64,000 nucleotides of DNA from Verrucomicrobiia bacterium (GCA_035501175.1 DATJWQ010000054.1:70984-134983), one strand, 5' to 3'. Counted from the stretch's first letter, positions 49,960 to 60,015 are shown. Notes: generated from the sequence alone by a model not told the origin. Program-made: numbers and translations.

Positions 49960-50643
49960 TCAATGTGTCGGTCGGGCGGAGACGGCGATCACCGGCAGCG
50001 TGTTGTACGGAACGATGGCTTCAGCCTGGCACGACGGGGCGGGCACGGCGTCGAGAAACAGATCCGTGGCCGGCCTGGATACGACCGTCTGATAGCCTGC
50101 GGTCGATGCCGAGCCGAGCGCCAGCACGCGCAGCGTCTTCAGTTCTCTCGACGTGCTTGACGGATCAACTGTGTTGGCGACAGGTTGACCCACGGCCTGT
50201 TCGTCGTCTTTACGTATCGACTGATAAGCGGTGGAGAAGTTTGCCACCCGGGTTTGGAGTTGTTCCAGACGCAGGTCGCGTTCCTTCTGCGCCAAAGCCT
50301 GGGTGCACGCCCGCAGCGTACCCGTGCTGTTGAGTTTTGTGGCGATGACGAGAGAATCGCCTTCGCGGCTCAGATTTGACACTGCCTTGAGCTGGCGTTC
50401 GTAGTCCAACTGGATCTGCCGGGTCTGGAATTGGCGATATGCCTCGATCAGCAGGGCAAACGCCGAGTCCTGCGCCTGCAATTCACAGACGGAATCGCAG
50501 TGCGGCACATCTTGTTCGGACATGGAGCCGCGGTCCGAATTATCGACTGCACCCTCCGGGCCCCCCGATGCCATCCCCGTCAAGCCGAATACGACACTGA
50601 TTGCCAAAGCAATCTTTCGGGATTGCCTTGTTCCCATACGCAT
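49960..50643 (-). CDS. hypothetical exported protein
   Basis: ATG 50643 (MRMGTRQSRKIALAISVVFGLTGMASG); upstream and co-oriented with the SBP gene. Confidence 0.5.
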   Translation of the reverse strand: MRMGTRQSRKIALAISVVFGLTGMASGGPEGAVDNSDRGSMSEQDVPHCDSVCELQAQDSAFALLIEAYRQFQTRQIQLDYERQLKAVSNLSREGDSLVIATKLNSTGTLRACTQALAQKERDLRLEQLQTRVANFSTAYQSIRKDDEQAVGQPVANTVDPSSTSRELKTLRVLALGSASTAGYQTVVSRPATDLFLDAVPAPSCQAEAIVPYNTLPVIAVSARPTH

Positions 50644-50823
50644 CTGCCTCCTTTCGGCCACGTCGTCCGGGCACGCCAGTCCGGACATGTCTGTCAGTCG
50701 GATGAACGGGACGGCAGAATTGTTCCGAAAGGAACACAATGTACGCCGACCGTCAGCCCTGAAAGACCCCCGCTCGAAAATCAAGCATATTCAGGGGCGC
50801 AGGTCAACACGAAAGGAAGGGGG

Positions 50824-52038
50824 CTAAGCGCCGAGCTCGAATGCGTCGTGGATGGCGCGGGCGGCTTTGTCGGCGTCCTTCAGGGCAATGATCACCGAAA
50901 TCTTGATCTCACTGGTGGAGATCATATCGATGTTCACACTGTTGGCGGCGAGCGTCTCGAACATCTTGGCGGCGACGCCCGGGTGCGAACGCATCCCGAT
51001 GCCGACGACGGACAGCTTGGCGATTTCGCTGGTCGACGTGACCTGGCGCGCGCCGATTTCCTTCACGACCGGCTGGAGGACCTTGGTAGCCTTGGCGGCT
51101 TCGGAGGAGCCCACCGTGAACGAGATATCCGTGAAACCCTTTTCGCTGACGTTTTGGACGATGACATCGATATTGATGTTTGCGTCGGCGATTGTCTTGA
51201 AGACCCTGGCGGCGATGCCGGGTTTGTCGGGCACACCCGCGATGGTGACTTTGGCCTGGTTCTTGTCAACCGCGACACCGCGGATGACGACAGCTTCCAT
51301 TTTTGCGGTTTCTTCTTTCACGATGGTTCCTGGGTTGTCATTGAAACTGCTGCGCACTTCGAACACGACGCCGAATTTCTTGGCGAACTCGACCGAGCGG
51401 GCCTGCATGACCTTGGAGCCCAGCGCGGCCAGTTCCAGCATTTCGTCGTAGCTGATCTCCAGAAGTTTCTTCGCGTTTGGCACGATGCGCGGGTCGGAGG
51501 TGTACACGCCGTCCACGTCGGTGTAAATCTGGCACAGATCGGCCTTGATGGCGGCGGCAATGGCAATCGCGGTCAGATCGCTGCCGCCGCGTCCGAGCGT
51601 GGTGATCTGGCCGTCGGGGGTCTCGCCCTGGAAACCGGCGATGGTGACGATGTTCCCCGCGTCGAGGAAGGCATGGACGCGTTTCGGGGTGATATTGGCG
51701 ATTTTCGCCTTGGTGTGCAGTCCGTCGGTGACGATGCCCGCTTGCGCGCCGGTCAACGATACGGCTTGGGCGCCGAGTCCGTGCAACGCCATTGCCAGCA
51801 GCGCGATTGTCGTTTGCTCGCCGGTGGCCAGCAACACGTCCATCTCGCGCTCGTTGGGCTCGGGATGAACTTCTTTTGCCAGCTTGATCAGCGAATCCGT
51901 CACACCGCTCATCGCCGACACCACGGCAACAACCTTGTTGCCCGCCTGTTGAGTTGCGAGGACGCGTCGCGCCACATTCTTGATCCGCTCGGGGTTGCCG
52001 ACCGAAGTCCCGCCGTATTTCTGTACGATTAATGCCAT
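50824..52038 (-). CDS. lysC: aspartate kinase
   Basis: KYGGTSVG N-terminus, kinase domain and two ACT domains. Confidence 0.95.
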   Translation of the reverse strand: MALIVQKYGGTSVGNPERIKNVARRVLATQQAGNKVVAVVSAMSGVTDSLIKLAKEVHPEPNEREMDVLLATGEQTTIALLAMALHGLGAQAVSLTGAQAGIVTDGLHTKAKIANITPKRVHAFLDAGNIVTIAGFQGETPDGQITTLGRGGSDLTAIAIAAAIKADLCQIYTDVDGVYTSDPRIVPNAKKLLEISYDEMLELAALGSKVMQARSVEFAKKFGVVFEVRSSFNDNPGTIVKEETAKMEAVVIRGVAVDKNQAKVTIAGVPDKPGIAARVFKTIADANINIDVIVQNVSEKGFTDISFTVGSSEAAKATKVLQPVVKEIGARQVTSTSEIAKLSVVGIGMRSHPGVAAKMFETLAANSVNIDMISTSEIKISVIIALKDADKAARAIHDAFELGA

Positions 52039-52095
52039 GGTATGGAGTTTTCCCTGTCGGAAACGAAAACGCTAAAACGCTTGCGCGCGCATGAC

Positions 52096-53436
52096 CTATT
52101 CGAAGTTCTCCACGCGGATGACGACGGTCTTGTCCTTCACGACATCCAATTGGTCGATCGACTCAACAGCGTTCCGCACCGCACAATCTTTTGCGGTATG
52201 CAGCATGAAAATCAGGGGCACGTGGTCGCACGGGCGCTGGCCGGGGCCGGGCTCGGGCGCTTCGCGTTGGAGGACCGAGGAAATGCTGATGTCCGAATCC
52301 GCCAGGACCTTCGACACCTTGGCGATCACGCCGGAGCGGTCGGCGACCGAGAGCCGCAAATAGTAACGGGACTCGACATCGTCGATCATGCGCACGCGCG
52401 CATTGAGCCGATGCGAGACGAACGACGGCACGCGTTGTTTGCTGCCGAATTTCAGGTTCAATGCGGCGTCCGCCAGGTCGGAGATGACGGCGCTGGCGGT
52501 CGCGTCTGCGCCGGCTCCGCGTCCGTAAAACATCGTGTCACCGACCACGTCGCCGCGGACGACCACGCCGTTAAACACGCCGTTGACGCTGGCGAGCACG
52601 TGCTTGTGCGGAATCAGCGTGGGATGCACGCGCACTTCGACCGGTGCGGAATCCAAGTTGTCCGCGCTCTTGATGATGGCGAGCAGTTTGATGGTGTAGC
52701 CAAGTTCGCGAGCGATCTGGATGTCGAACTGCGAGACGTGACGGATGCCCTCGACGTAGGTGTTGTCGATGCCGATCCAAAAGCCATGCGCCAGCGAGGC
52801 GAGGATTGTGGCCTTGTGGGCGGAATCGCCGCCGTCCACATCGAGCGAGGGGTCAGCCTCGGCATAACCGAGTTTCTGCGCCTCGTCGAGGACGTCGTGG
52901 AAGTCCTTGCCCTCGGCGGTCATGCGGGTGAGGATGTAATTGCAGGTGCCGTTGACGATCCCGTAGATCAGGGGAAAACGGTTGGCGACAAAACCTTCGC
53001 GTAGCGCCTTGATGATGGGAATGCCGCCGCACACGCTGGCTTCGTAGAAAATGTTGGTCGAATTCTTCTCGGCGGCGCGGAAGACCTCTTCGCCATCGTG
53101 GGCCAGCAGCGCCTTGTTCGCGGTGACGACCACCTTGCCCCGGCTGAGCGCGTCCAGGATCAGCGTCCTGGCGAACCCTGTGCCACCGACCAGTTCCACC
53201 ACGACATGAATCTCCGGATCCTGCAGGATCTTCTGCGCATCGCCGGTGAGTTGGGCGTTGGAGCGGGGAAGGGCGTTCAAGCGCGCTTCATCCTTGTCAC
53301 AGACCCATTTCAGGTTGATGCGTACGCCGAGTCGTTCGGCAATCAGGTCGGCGTTGCGGGTGAGATGCTTCACCACGCCGCCGCCGACGACACCGGCGCC
53401 GACCAGACCGACATTGAGTTGTTTGGCCTCACTCAT
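52096..53436 (-). CDS. hom: homoserine dehydrogenase
   Basis: ATG 53436; GLVGAGVVGGGVV Rossmann motif, catalytic domain and C-terminal ACT. Confidence 0.9.
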   Translation of the reverse strand: MSEAKQLNVGLVGAGVVGGGVVKHLTRNADLIAERLGVRINLKWVCDKDEARLNALPRSNAQLTGDAQKILQDPEIHVVVELVGGTGFARTLILDALSRGKVVVTANKALLAHDGEEVFRAAEKNSTNIFYEASVCGGIPIIKALREGFVANRFPLIYGIVNGTCNYILTRMTAEGKDFHDVLDEAQKLGYAEADPSLDVDGGDSAHKATILASLAHGFWIGIDNTYVEGIRHVSQFDIQIARELGYTIKLLAIIKSADNLDSAPVEVRVHPTLIPHKHVLASVNGVFNGVVVRGDVVGDTMFYGRGAGADATASAVISDLADAALNLKFGSKQRVPSFVSHRLNARVRMIDDVESRYYLRLSVADRSGVIAKVSKVLADSDISISSVLQREAPEPGPGQRPCDHVPLIFMLHTAKDCAVRNAVESIDQLDVVKDKTVVIRVENFE

Positions 53437-53533
53437 GGGAGAATTCCGGGTCGAAGTGTAGCGGGACATGGCGGGTTTGTCTAGACCGATGCCGTGGGCT
53501 ATACTGGGTCAACTCACAACCACGGGAGGCAAC

Positions 53534-53995
53534 ATGAACAGATTCAACTGGCTGGCGATGACTCTGGTGTTGACGTTGGGAGAAGCGGTCGGGTGCGCCA
53601 CGCACGTGGCGGTCACGCCGACGCATCAGGAGAACATGGCCGCGCAGGCCAAGGTGCTGGCCATCGCCGCGCGCGATCTGGAAGATATTGTCCGACATCA
53701 GAATACGCAAGGCGGGGGGGCGCAAGGGGCGATTCAGGCCGTGATCGATTTCCACGCCCAGGCGGAGAACTTCGCCGGCACGACGGAGCAATGGCAGTCC
53801 GACGATCGCGTCAGCAACGACTACGAGTTGCTGATCAAAGCGTGGGTGAAGGTCAAGCAGACGTTCCCGAACATGAATGCCGACAAGCAGACACAGGATC
53901 AATACACCCGCGTCCAACACGAGTGGGAACAACTGGCCCGCACTTCCGGCTATGCCAACCGCGCCTACGAGAGGAAAGTGGAGCAGGGGAAGTGA
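53534..53995 (+). CDS. hypothetical lipoprotein
   Basis: RBS GGGAGG; lipobox LGEAVGCA; ATG 53534. Confidence 0.55.
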   Translation: MNRFNWLAMTLVLTLGEAVGCATHVAVTPTHQENMAAQAKVLAIAARDLEDIVRHQNTQGGGAQGAIQAVIDFHAQAENFAGTTEQWQSDDRVSNDYELLIKAWVKVKQTFPNMNADKQTQDQYTRVQHEWEQLARTSGYANRAYERKVEQGK

Positions 53996-54036
53996 GTTGC
54001 GAGAGGAGTACGGAGGAATGAGAACGCCGTGCTGCG

Positions 54037-55233
54037 TTAAGGCGACAGCGGTTGCTTCAGTCCCTTGACAAATACGGCGATACGCTCGGCGGCCTTTTCC
54101 ATGTCGGACATGGGGCCGCAGTAACTGGCGCGGACGTGGCCTTCGCCGCCGGGGCCGAAGGCGTCGCCAGGCACGACCGCGACGCGCTGTTGTTCGAGCA
54201 ACTGAACGGCAAACTCGCGCGAGGTCAGCCCGGTTTCACGGATGGACGGAAACGCGTAGAACGCGCCGTTCGGCATGTGGCAGGGCAGGCCGATCTCATT
54301 GAACGATTTCACGATATAATTGCGACGGAGCCGGTACTGCTCGCGCATCGTCGCCATATCGTCCAAGCCCCTTTGCAGGGCTTCGATGGCGGCTTCCTGG
54401 CTGATGATCGAGGCGCAGAGCATCGAGTATTGGTGCACGCGCAGCATGGCTTCCGTGAGCGCGGCCGGAGCGCAGGCATAGCCGATCCGAAAACCGGTCA
54501 TGGCAAACGCCTTCGAGAATCCGTGCAGGAAGATCGTGCGTTCCTTCATCCCGGGCAATGCCGCAATGCTGATGTGCTGACCGGAATAGGTCAGCTCGCT
54601 GTAAATCTCGTCGGTGATCACGAGCAGATCGTGGTCGATGCACACACGTGCGATTTTTCCGACCTCGTCACGTGTCAGTGTTGCACCGGTCGGATTGCTG
54701 GGGAAATTCATTACGATCGCCTTGGTCTGTGGCGTAACTGAGGCGGTGATGTCCTCAGCGGTCAGGGCAAACTTGTTTTCGGGACGAGTCCGAATGGCTT
54801 TGCCGATGCCGTGTGTGAGCTTCACGCTGGGATGATAGGAAACGTAGCACGGCTCGTGGTAGAGCACTTCGTCGCCGGGATTGACAATGGCGCGCAGGGC
54901 GATGTCGAGGGCTTCGCTGACGCCGACGGTCACGAGCACTTCGGTGTTGGGATCGTACTCGACGTGGTAGTGCTCCGTCAGGTAGGCGCAGATCGCGCGG
55001 CGCAGCTTCAACAGGCCGAAATTTGACGTGTATCCCGTCTTGCCGTGTTCCAAGGCGAAGATGGCGGCTTCGCGGATGTGCCAGGGCGTGACGAAGCCCG
55101 GCTCGCCAATGCCGAGCGAGACGACATTCTCCATCGACTGGACGATGTCGAAAAAGTCGCGGATCCCCGAGCGCGGAATGCTCCGCACGTGCTCGGCGAC
55201 AAAATCCCGTTTCGTTTGACGTTCCGAGGGCAT
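54037..55233 (-). CDS. pyridoxal-phosphate-dependent aminotransferase class I/II (aspartate/alanine aminotransferase-like)
   Basis: 398-aa fold-type I aminotransferase with the SKAFAMTGFRIGY PLP-lysine region. Confidence 0.85.
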   Translation of the reverse strand: MPSERQTKRDFVAEHVRSIPRSGIRDFFDIVQSMENVVSLGIGEPGFVTPWHIREAAIFALEHGKTGYTSNFGLLKLRRAICAYLTEHYHVEYDPNTEVLVTVGVSEALDIALRAIVNPGDEVLYHEPCYVSYHPSVKLTHGIGKAIRTRPENKFALTAEDITASVTPQTKAIVMNFPSNPTGATLTRDEVGKIARVCIDHDLLVITDEIYSELTYSGQHISIAALPGMKERTIFLHGFSKAFAMTGFRIGYACAPAALTEAMLRVHQYSMLCASIISQEAAIEALQRGLDDMATMREQYRLRRNYIVKSFNEIGLPCHMPNGAFYAFPSIRETGLTSREFAVQLLEQQRVAVVPGDAFGPGGEGHVRASYCGPMSDMEKAAERIAVFVKGLKQPLSP

Positions 55234-55599
55234 GGATCAGTATTCTAATTCACGTTGGCGCCAAATCAAGGCGCGTTTTTGGAAACGCGGTCGTGACCAC
55301 GCAATGATTGACTTGGGTGCAGAGTTTTGCTAGGTGGGAATCGGCGAAGCGCTGAAGAAGGTGTCGTTCCTGCCGACGATCCCACGAAGCCACGTTAGCT
55401 GTTCAGTCTTCCAGAATGCCTTACCGCTTTCGTTTGGAGCCGCAGAATGCGGAACCTGTTGACATCGTTGTCAGCGATGGGAACTGCGGGCGCCGACGGG
55501 GCCGACATCAGAGGTGGCCCCACGAGCGGTGCTCCCGGGGGTCAACTTCGCAGAGCCACGAAGAGTGCGTGGTTGCCGCGAAAGAAAGGCGCGCAAAAC

Positions 55600-57072
55600 A
55601 TGAAGCATGGTGTGGCCGAACTGGACGTTCTTGCTCCTGCAAGAAAACTGCGAGGCGGGTTATTCTGGGCCGGTGTCGCATCCATCATTGTGACCCTGCC
55701 ACTAACGGCGTTTGCCGGCTCGGGGGCCAAGCTATCGGTTCAGCCTGTGACCCACGGCGTGGTTGTCTCTCAGACGGCGGAAGTGAATGTCGTTCTCGAA
55801 GATGCGGAGAATAAGCCGGTGCCGGCTTCCAAGGATCTGACGGTCGAAGTTGAAACCAAGTCGGCGTCGGGTCAGACGAACACGCTTGAGGTTACGATCG
55901 GCAAGGGCAAAGAGTCGGGGATGATCGCGATCCCGACCGCGGAAGCAGGATTGTTGCACATCCGAGCCAAACAACGAGAGCTATTGGATGGGAGCGCGAT
56001 TATGCATGTGCGGCCCGCGACGTTCGAGCAACCCCGGGCCGACCTCACGGCACCGGCCCTGGAGTCGTCCACCGCAAGTGTGGCGAAGAGTGAGAGCACG
56101 GCCCTGGCCCAGCTTAACGACAGGCTTGATGGAGATGTCGGGTCTGCGATGAACAAGACCCTACCGGAACCAGTGGCCGAGGCCGCCACGGCCGAATCCC
56201 GCCCCGCGCTGTACTTGTGGTACTCGCCGGAAAGAGGTCTGCTGGCGGATGGAACCGATGAGGCGACGATCCAGGCGTCCTTGTTGCAGGCGGCCCCATG
56301 GGATGTGCTGGTTACTCTGCGCGACAGCACGGGCAACATGCATCCTTCGCCGCCGTTGAAGATTCCGCAGGGGCAGACCTCCGTAACATCCACCCTGACA
56401 TGGAACCACACAGGGAACGTGACCGTGGAGTATCTCGGAGCGCAGCCGTCGGTCGACTATCAGGGAAACCCAAAGATTGAGATGACCTTTGTGCCTCCCA
56501 TCACGAAACTGGACGCCTCTGCCAGTCCTCACACGATCACGCTGGCCGATCAATCCGAGCTGGTGGCCCGATTGGTGGACAAGCAGGGGCAGGCTTATTG
56601 CCCCGATGAGCCGCGAAATGTGTCGTTTGTGATCAAGGAGGGCCGCGGCACGATCAAGTACACGGAGCTGATAATTCCGACCAGCAACAGTGAGGCACGG
56701 ACGCTTTTGTATCCGACGTGGCCTGGGCATCTGGTGATTACCGCACGCGCGGATCAATTGGCAGATGAAGATGTGGCCATTGACGTCAACTGGCCTGTCG
56801 GTCTATTCGCGGCGACCGTAGTGGGCGGATTGGTTGGCGCGTGCGTCGCGTCTTACAAGAAAAAGAAGGCGTGGCCGTTGCGTCTGGCGAGCGGGCTGGC
56901 GGCCGCGTTTGTGTTGTACTGGGGGGTTGTATTTGCGGTTCCCACGTACAGCGGGCTGTTCAAGTATTTGGATCGGGGGTGGATCACCAATCCAGTAATG
57001 GCCGGGCTCGTGGCCGTCTTCGGCGGCTGGATCGGTCCCAAGAGAGCATTCAAAGCCCTGTTGCCGGATTAA
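55600..57072 (+). CDS. hypothetical exported protein with two C-terminal TM helices
   Basis: ATG 55600; signal peptide; C-terminal hydrophobic segments (LFAATVVGGLVGACV, LASGLAAAFVLYWGVVFAV). Confidence 0.5.
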   Translation: MKHGVAELDVLAPARKLRGGLFWAGVASIIVTLPLTAFAGSGAKLSVQPVTHGVVVSQTAEVNVVLEDAENKPVPASKDLTVEVETKSASGQTNTLEVTIGKGKESGMIAIPTAEAGLLHIRAKQRELLDGSAIMHVRPATFEQPRADLTAPALESSTASVAKSESTALAQLNDRLDGDVGSAMNKTLPEPVAEAATAESRPALYLWYSPERGLLADGTDEATIQASLLQAAPWDVLVTLRDSTGNMHPSPPLKIPQGQTSVTSTLTWNHTGNVTVEYLGAQPSVDYQGNPKIEMTFVPPITKLDASASPHTITLADQSELVARLVDKQGQAYCPDEPRNVSFVIKEGRGTIKYTELIIPTSNSEARTLLYPTWPGHLVITARADQLADEDVAIDVNWPVGLFAATVVGGLVGACVASYKKKKAWPLRLASGLAAAFVLYWGVVFAVPTYSGLFKYLDRGWITNPVMAGLVAVFGGWIGPKRAFKALLPD

Positions 57073-57119
57073 GCGCGACGCGCGGTCCGCCGATGGCGCC
57101 GGTCAACTGGTCGTGAACA

Positions 57120-57599
57120 TCACGGGCTGATTTTGAGGCGTTCGTAGTCCTCGGGGCCGTCCATCATCACGCCCTGTTCCTTGTAGGTCTTGAGCATGAA
57201 ATGGGTGCCAGTGGACGTGACACCCTCGAGCGTGGCGAGTTTCTCGGCGACGAATTGAGCGACCTGCCTCAGCGAGTGGCCCTCGACGAAGATGAGCAGG
57301 TCGTAGCCGCCGGACATGAGGAACAGCGAGGTGACCTCGTCAAACTTCGCGATGCGCTTGGCGATGCGGTCGAATCCCCCTTCGCGTTCGGGCTGGATCT
57401 TCACTTCGATGACAGCCTTGACGAGATCGGTATCGACCTTGTCATCGTTGATGACAGCCTTGTAGCCGAGGATGACCTTGTCGTCTTCGTACTGTTTGAT
57501 ACGGCGCTGGACTTCGTCAGCGGGCAGGTTGAGCATCTTGGAGAGATCGACCGGCGTGCGTAGCGCGTGTTCTTCGAGAAGTTTCAGTAATGGATCCAT
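57120..57599 (-). CDS. Lrp/AsnC family transcriptional regulator
   Basis: ATG 57599; HTH N-terminus and RAM/ACT-like C-terminal domain. Confidence 0.8.
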   Translation of the reverse strand: MDPLLKLLEEHALRTPVDLSKMLNLPADEVQRRIKQYEDDKVILGYKAVINDDKVDTDLVKAVIEVKIQPEREGGFDRIAKRIAKFDEVTSLFLMSGGYDLLIFVEGHSLRQVAQFVAEKLATLEGVTSTGTHFMLKTYKEQGVMMDGPEDYERLKISP

Positions 57600-57622
57600 A
57601 AAATCACTTTGAAAATCGAAAA

Positions 57623-57699
57623 TGGTCGGGACGGCGAGATTCGAACTCGCGACCCCTTGCACCCCATGCAAGTGCGCTACCAGACTGCGCTACGTCCCG
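57623..57699 (-). tRNA. tRNA-Pro (anticodon GGG)
   Basis: 77-nt cloverleaf on the minus strand: 7-bp acceptor CGGGACG/CGUCCCG, D-arm GCGC, anticodon stem CUUGC/GCAAG with loop AUGGGGU, T-arm GCGAG-UUCGAAU-CUCGC, CCA encoded. Confidence 0.9.
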
Positions 57700-57770
57700 A
57701 CGTGCTGTACGAACGGGCAAAGTGTAGCATACGCCGCGAGGAGGGTGCAAGCGCGGCGCGACATGGCCCC

Positions 57771-58565
57771 TCAGATCAGCAAATACGCCGCAAACAGCTC
57801 TCCAAACAGGATGCTGACGGTCATGAGGTACAACAGGCCGGTCGCGGATTGGTTGGATTTGTCCTGCACACATTGCAACTCGAGCACTCCCAGCACTGCT
57901 GGCAGCGCGAGGCCCCAGAGGAGCCGCATGAGGAAGAAGAAGAGATTTCCGTGGATTGACCAGAGTGACGGGAGGAACGTCCGCGCGAGGTCGGCGTCGA
58001 AATTCCCCAACATCAGCAGCGTGCCGACGACGACGGCGATGCGCAGCCCGAGCGCGAGCAGAAGGATTTGGGAGCACCGCAGCAGGTGTTCAAAGCTCAG
58101 GCGCCGCATGACCAGGTACCAATGCCCCAGGATCATCGTGACGGTGACCGCGCCCATGAGCACGGTGCCGGTGATCACGCCCGCATCGAAAAAGCCGGGA
58201 GCGATGGTGTCGATGCCGCGCAGAGTCAGGCTGTTGCGGGCGAGGGGCAGGACGCCGAGCAGGAAGCCCATCAAGCCGGACAGCAGAAGGAGAAGCCGTC
58301 CGAGATTCGGTTTCTCCAGGCGGAAGGCGCCGAATGCGGCGGTGGCGCCGATGACTGTGAGACCCAGGTAGCGCACATCGGCCCAGGCGGATTGGAGGAG
58401 CCACTTGGAAAGGACCAGCGCGATGGCAGAGGACAAGGCGCACAACAGGCTGATGAACGTAAAGAAGCTGGCGCGAATCTCACGCGGCGAGAGCAGGCAG
58501 GTGATGAGCAGGCTGCCGATGCTCAATTCGGTCAAGACGACGCACAGGACCTGGATCAATGTCAT
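57771..58565 (-). CDS. hypothetical polytopic membrane protein
   Basis: ATG 58565; about 7 predicted hydrophobic segments; directly downstream of and co-oriented with the kinase gene. Confidence 0.55.
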   Translation of the reverse strand: MTLIQVLCVVLTELSIGSLLITCLLSPREIRASFFTFISLLCALSSAIALVLSKWLLQSAWADVRYLGLTVIGATAAFGAFRLEKPNLGRLLLLLSGLMGFLLGVLPLARNSLTLRGIDTIAPGFFDAGVITGTVLMGAVTVTMILGHWYLVMRRLSFEHLLRCSQILLLALGLRIAVVVGTLLMLGNFDADLARTFLPSLWSIHGNLFFFLMRLLWGLALPAVLGVLELQCVQDKSNQSATGLLYLMTVSILFGELFAAYLLI

Positions 58566-58656
58566 GGGGCCGAACACTCCACCTGCGGGGAAACGCACGA
58601 CGCGTTAATACTCCGGCCCGTCGCGTCCGATCCGTTAGCCGGCTCGCAAATCGGGA

Positions 58657-60015
58657 TCATTGATTGATCACGAGGACGGAATTCGTGCTGCCGTCGGGGT
58701 CAACTTCCTGCACCGAGTTCTCGGGGTCAAGAATCCATTTGCCGTCGACAATAAACTTGTAGTCATAACGGCCTGCAGGCAATTGCACACTGGCCGCCCA
58801 GGTTCCGTCGGATCGCTCGTGCATGCGCGTGGCGGTAGGGCTCCAGTTGTTGAACACGCCGGCCAAATTCACGATGTGAGCGTTGGGCGCGGAGATGGTG
58901 AACTCGACGTTGTACGTGCGCGGGGCTGGCTTGGGCGGCTTCGGGGGAGGAGGCGGTGGCGCAGGAGGAGGAGGAGGTTTTACGACTTCATTCTGTTGCG
59001 GTTGTTGCTGCGGGAGCTGCTGGTGTTGGGGCTGGTTGGTACGGGGCCAGAAGAAATACGCGAGGATGCCCACGATGGCCAGCACAATGGCGACCGCGCC
59101 GGCGACAAGGGGGAGAGGCGATTTTGCGGCTGGCGCAACGGGGGCAGGCGGAGGAGGCTGCAATTCCGGATGTAAATCGACTCCGAGCCGTTTGGCGGTT
59201 GCCTCGGTTTTGGCATCCTTGAGATCCTCGAGGAGGGCATCGTAATCGCGGTAGCGCAGCAGGATGCTCTTATTGAGCATTTTGTTGACGACCTCCTCAG
59301 TTTTGCGGGTGAGATCGGGGCTCAAATCTCGCAACAGCGGAGGTTTCTCATTAAGGCGTTTTGCGGCGAGTTCTTCGGGGGTGTCGGCTTCGAAAGGCGG
59401 ATGTCCGGTGAGGGCCTGGAAGAGGGTGGCGCCGAGGCTGTAGACATCGCTGCGAAAATCTTCCGCCTTTTGGCCGACGCGCTCAGGGGAAATGTAGTAG
59501 GGCGACCCCCAAATGCCGTCGGACGGGGCGACTTCGACATTGGCGAGTTTGGAGAGGCCGAAATCGAGGACTTTGGCGCCGGTATCCTCGGTGATGAAAA
59601 CGTTTGCGGGCTTGATGTCACCGTGAATCATCTTATTCCGGTACGCGGCACGCAGGCCTTCGACGACGTCGATGGTCAGTTCGAGGGCGTGTTCTTCGGG
59701 AATTGGCCCATCCTTTTCGATGATTTCGCGGAGAGTGCGCCCATGAAGCAGTTCCATCACGATGTAGTACTGGCCCTTCTCTTCGCCGACGAAAAAGATC
59801 TGAACGATATGGGGATGGCTGATGGCGGCAGCGGATCGGGCTTCCTGGAGAAAGTCATTGAGGAACTTCGGGTCATGGGCAAGGTCCTCGCGCAGAACTT
59901 TGATGGCGACCTCGCGGTTCAGGGTGGGATCAAACGCACGGAAGACAGTGCCCATGCCACCGTGGGCGATCTCTTCCAGCAGGTTGAAGTGTCCCAGCTT
60001 TGACGTATCCGGCAT
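58657..60015 (-). CDS. Hanks-type Ser/Thr protein kinase with TM and C-terminal CBM48 (AMPK-beta glycogen-binding-like) domain
   Basis: HGGMGTVF loop, VAIK, HGDIKPANV, DFG and SPE motifs; TM LPLVAGAVAIVLAIVGILAYFFW; Pro/Gln-rich linker; C-terminus FNNWSPTATRMHERSDGTWAASVQLPAGRYDYKFIVDGKWILDPEN. Confidence 0.8.
   Translation of the reverse strand: MPDTSKLGHFNLLEEIAHGGMGTVFRAFDPTLNREVAIKVLREDLAHDPKFLNDFLQEARSAAAISHPHIVQIFFVGEEKGQYYIVMELLHGRTLREIIEKDGPIPEEHALELTIDVVEGLRAAYRNKMIHGDIKPANVFITEDTGAKVLDFGLSKLANVEVAPSDGIWGSPYYISPERVGQKAEDFRSDVYSLGATLFQALTGHPPFEADTPEELAAKRLNEKPPLLRDLSPDLTRKTEEVVNKMLNKSILLRYRDYDALLEDLKDAKTEATAKRLGVDLHPELQPPPPAPVAPAAKSPLPLVAGAVAIVLAIVGILAYFFWPRTNQPQHQQLPQQQPQQNEVVKPPPPPAPPPPPPKPPKPAPRTYNVEFTISAPNAHIVNLAGVFNNWSPTATRMHERSDGTWAASVQLPAGRYDYKFIVDGKWILDPENSVQEVDPDGSTNSVLVINQ

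Noticed and set aside
50431-52032. 533-aa plus-strand ORF
   Set aside because: Antisense to lysC; artefact
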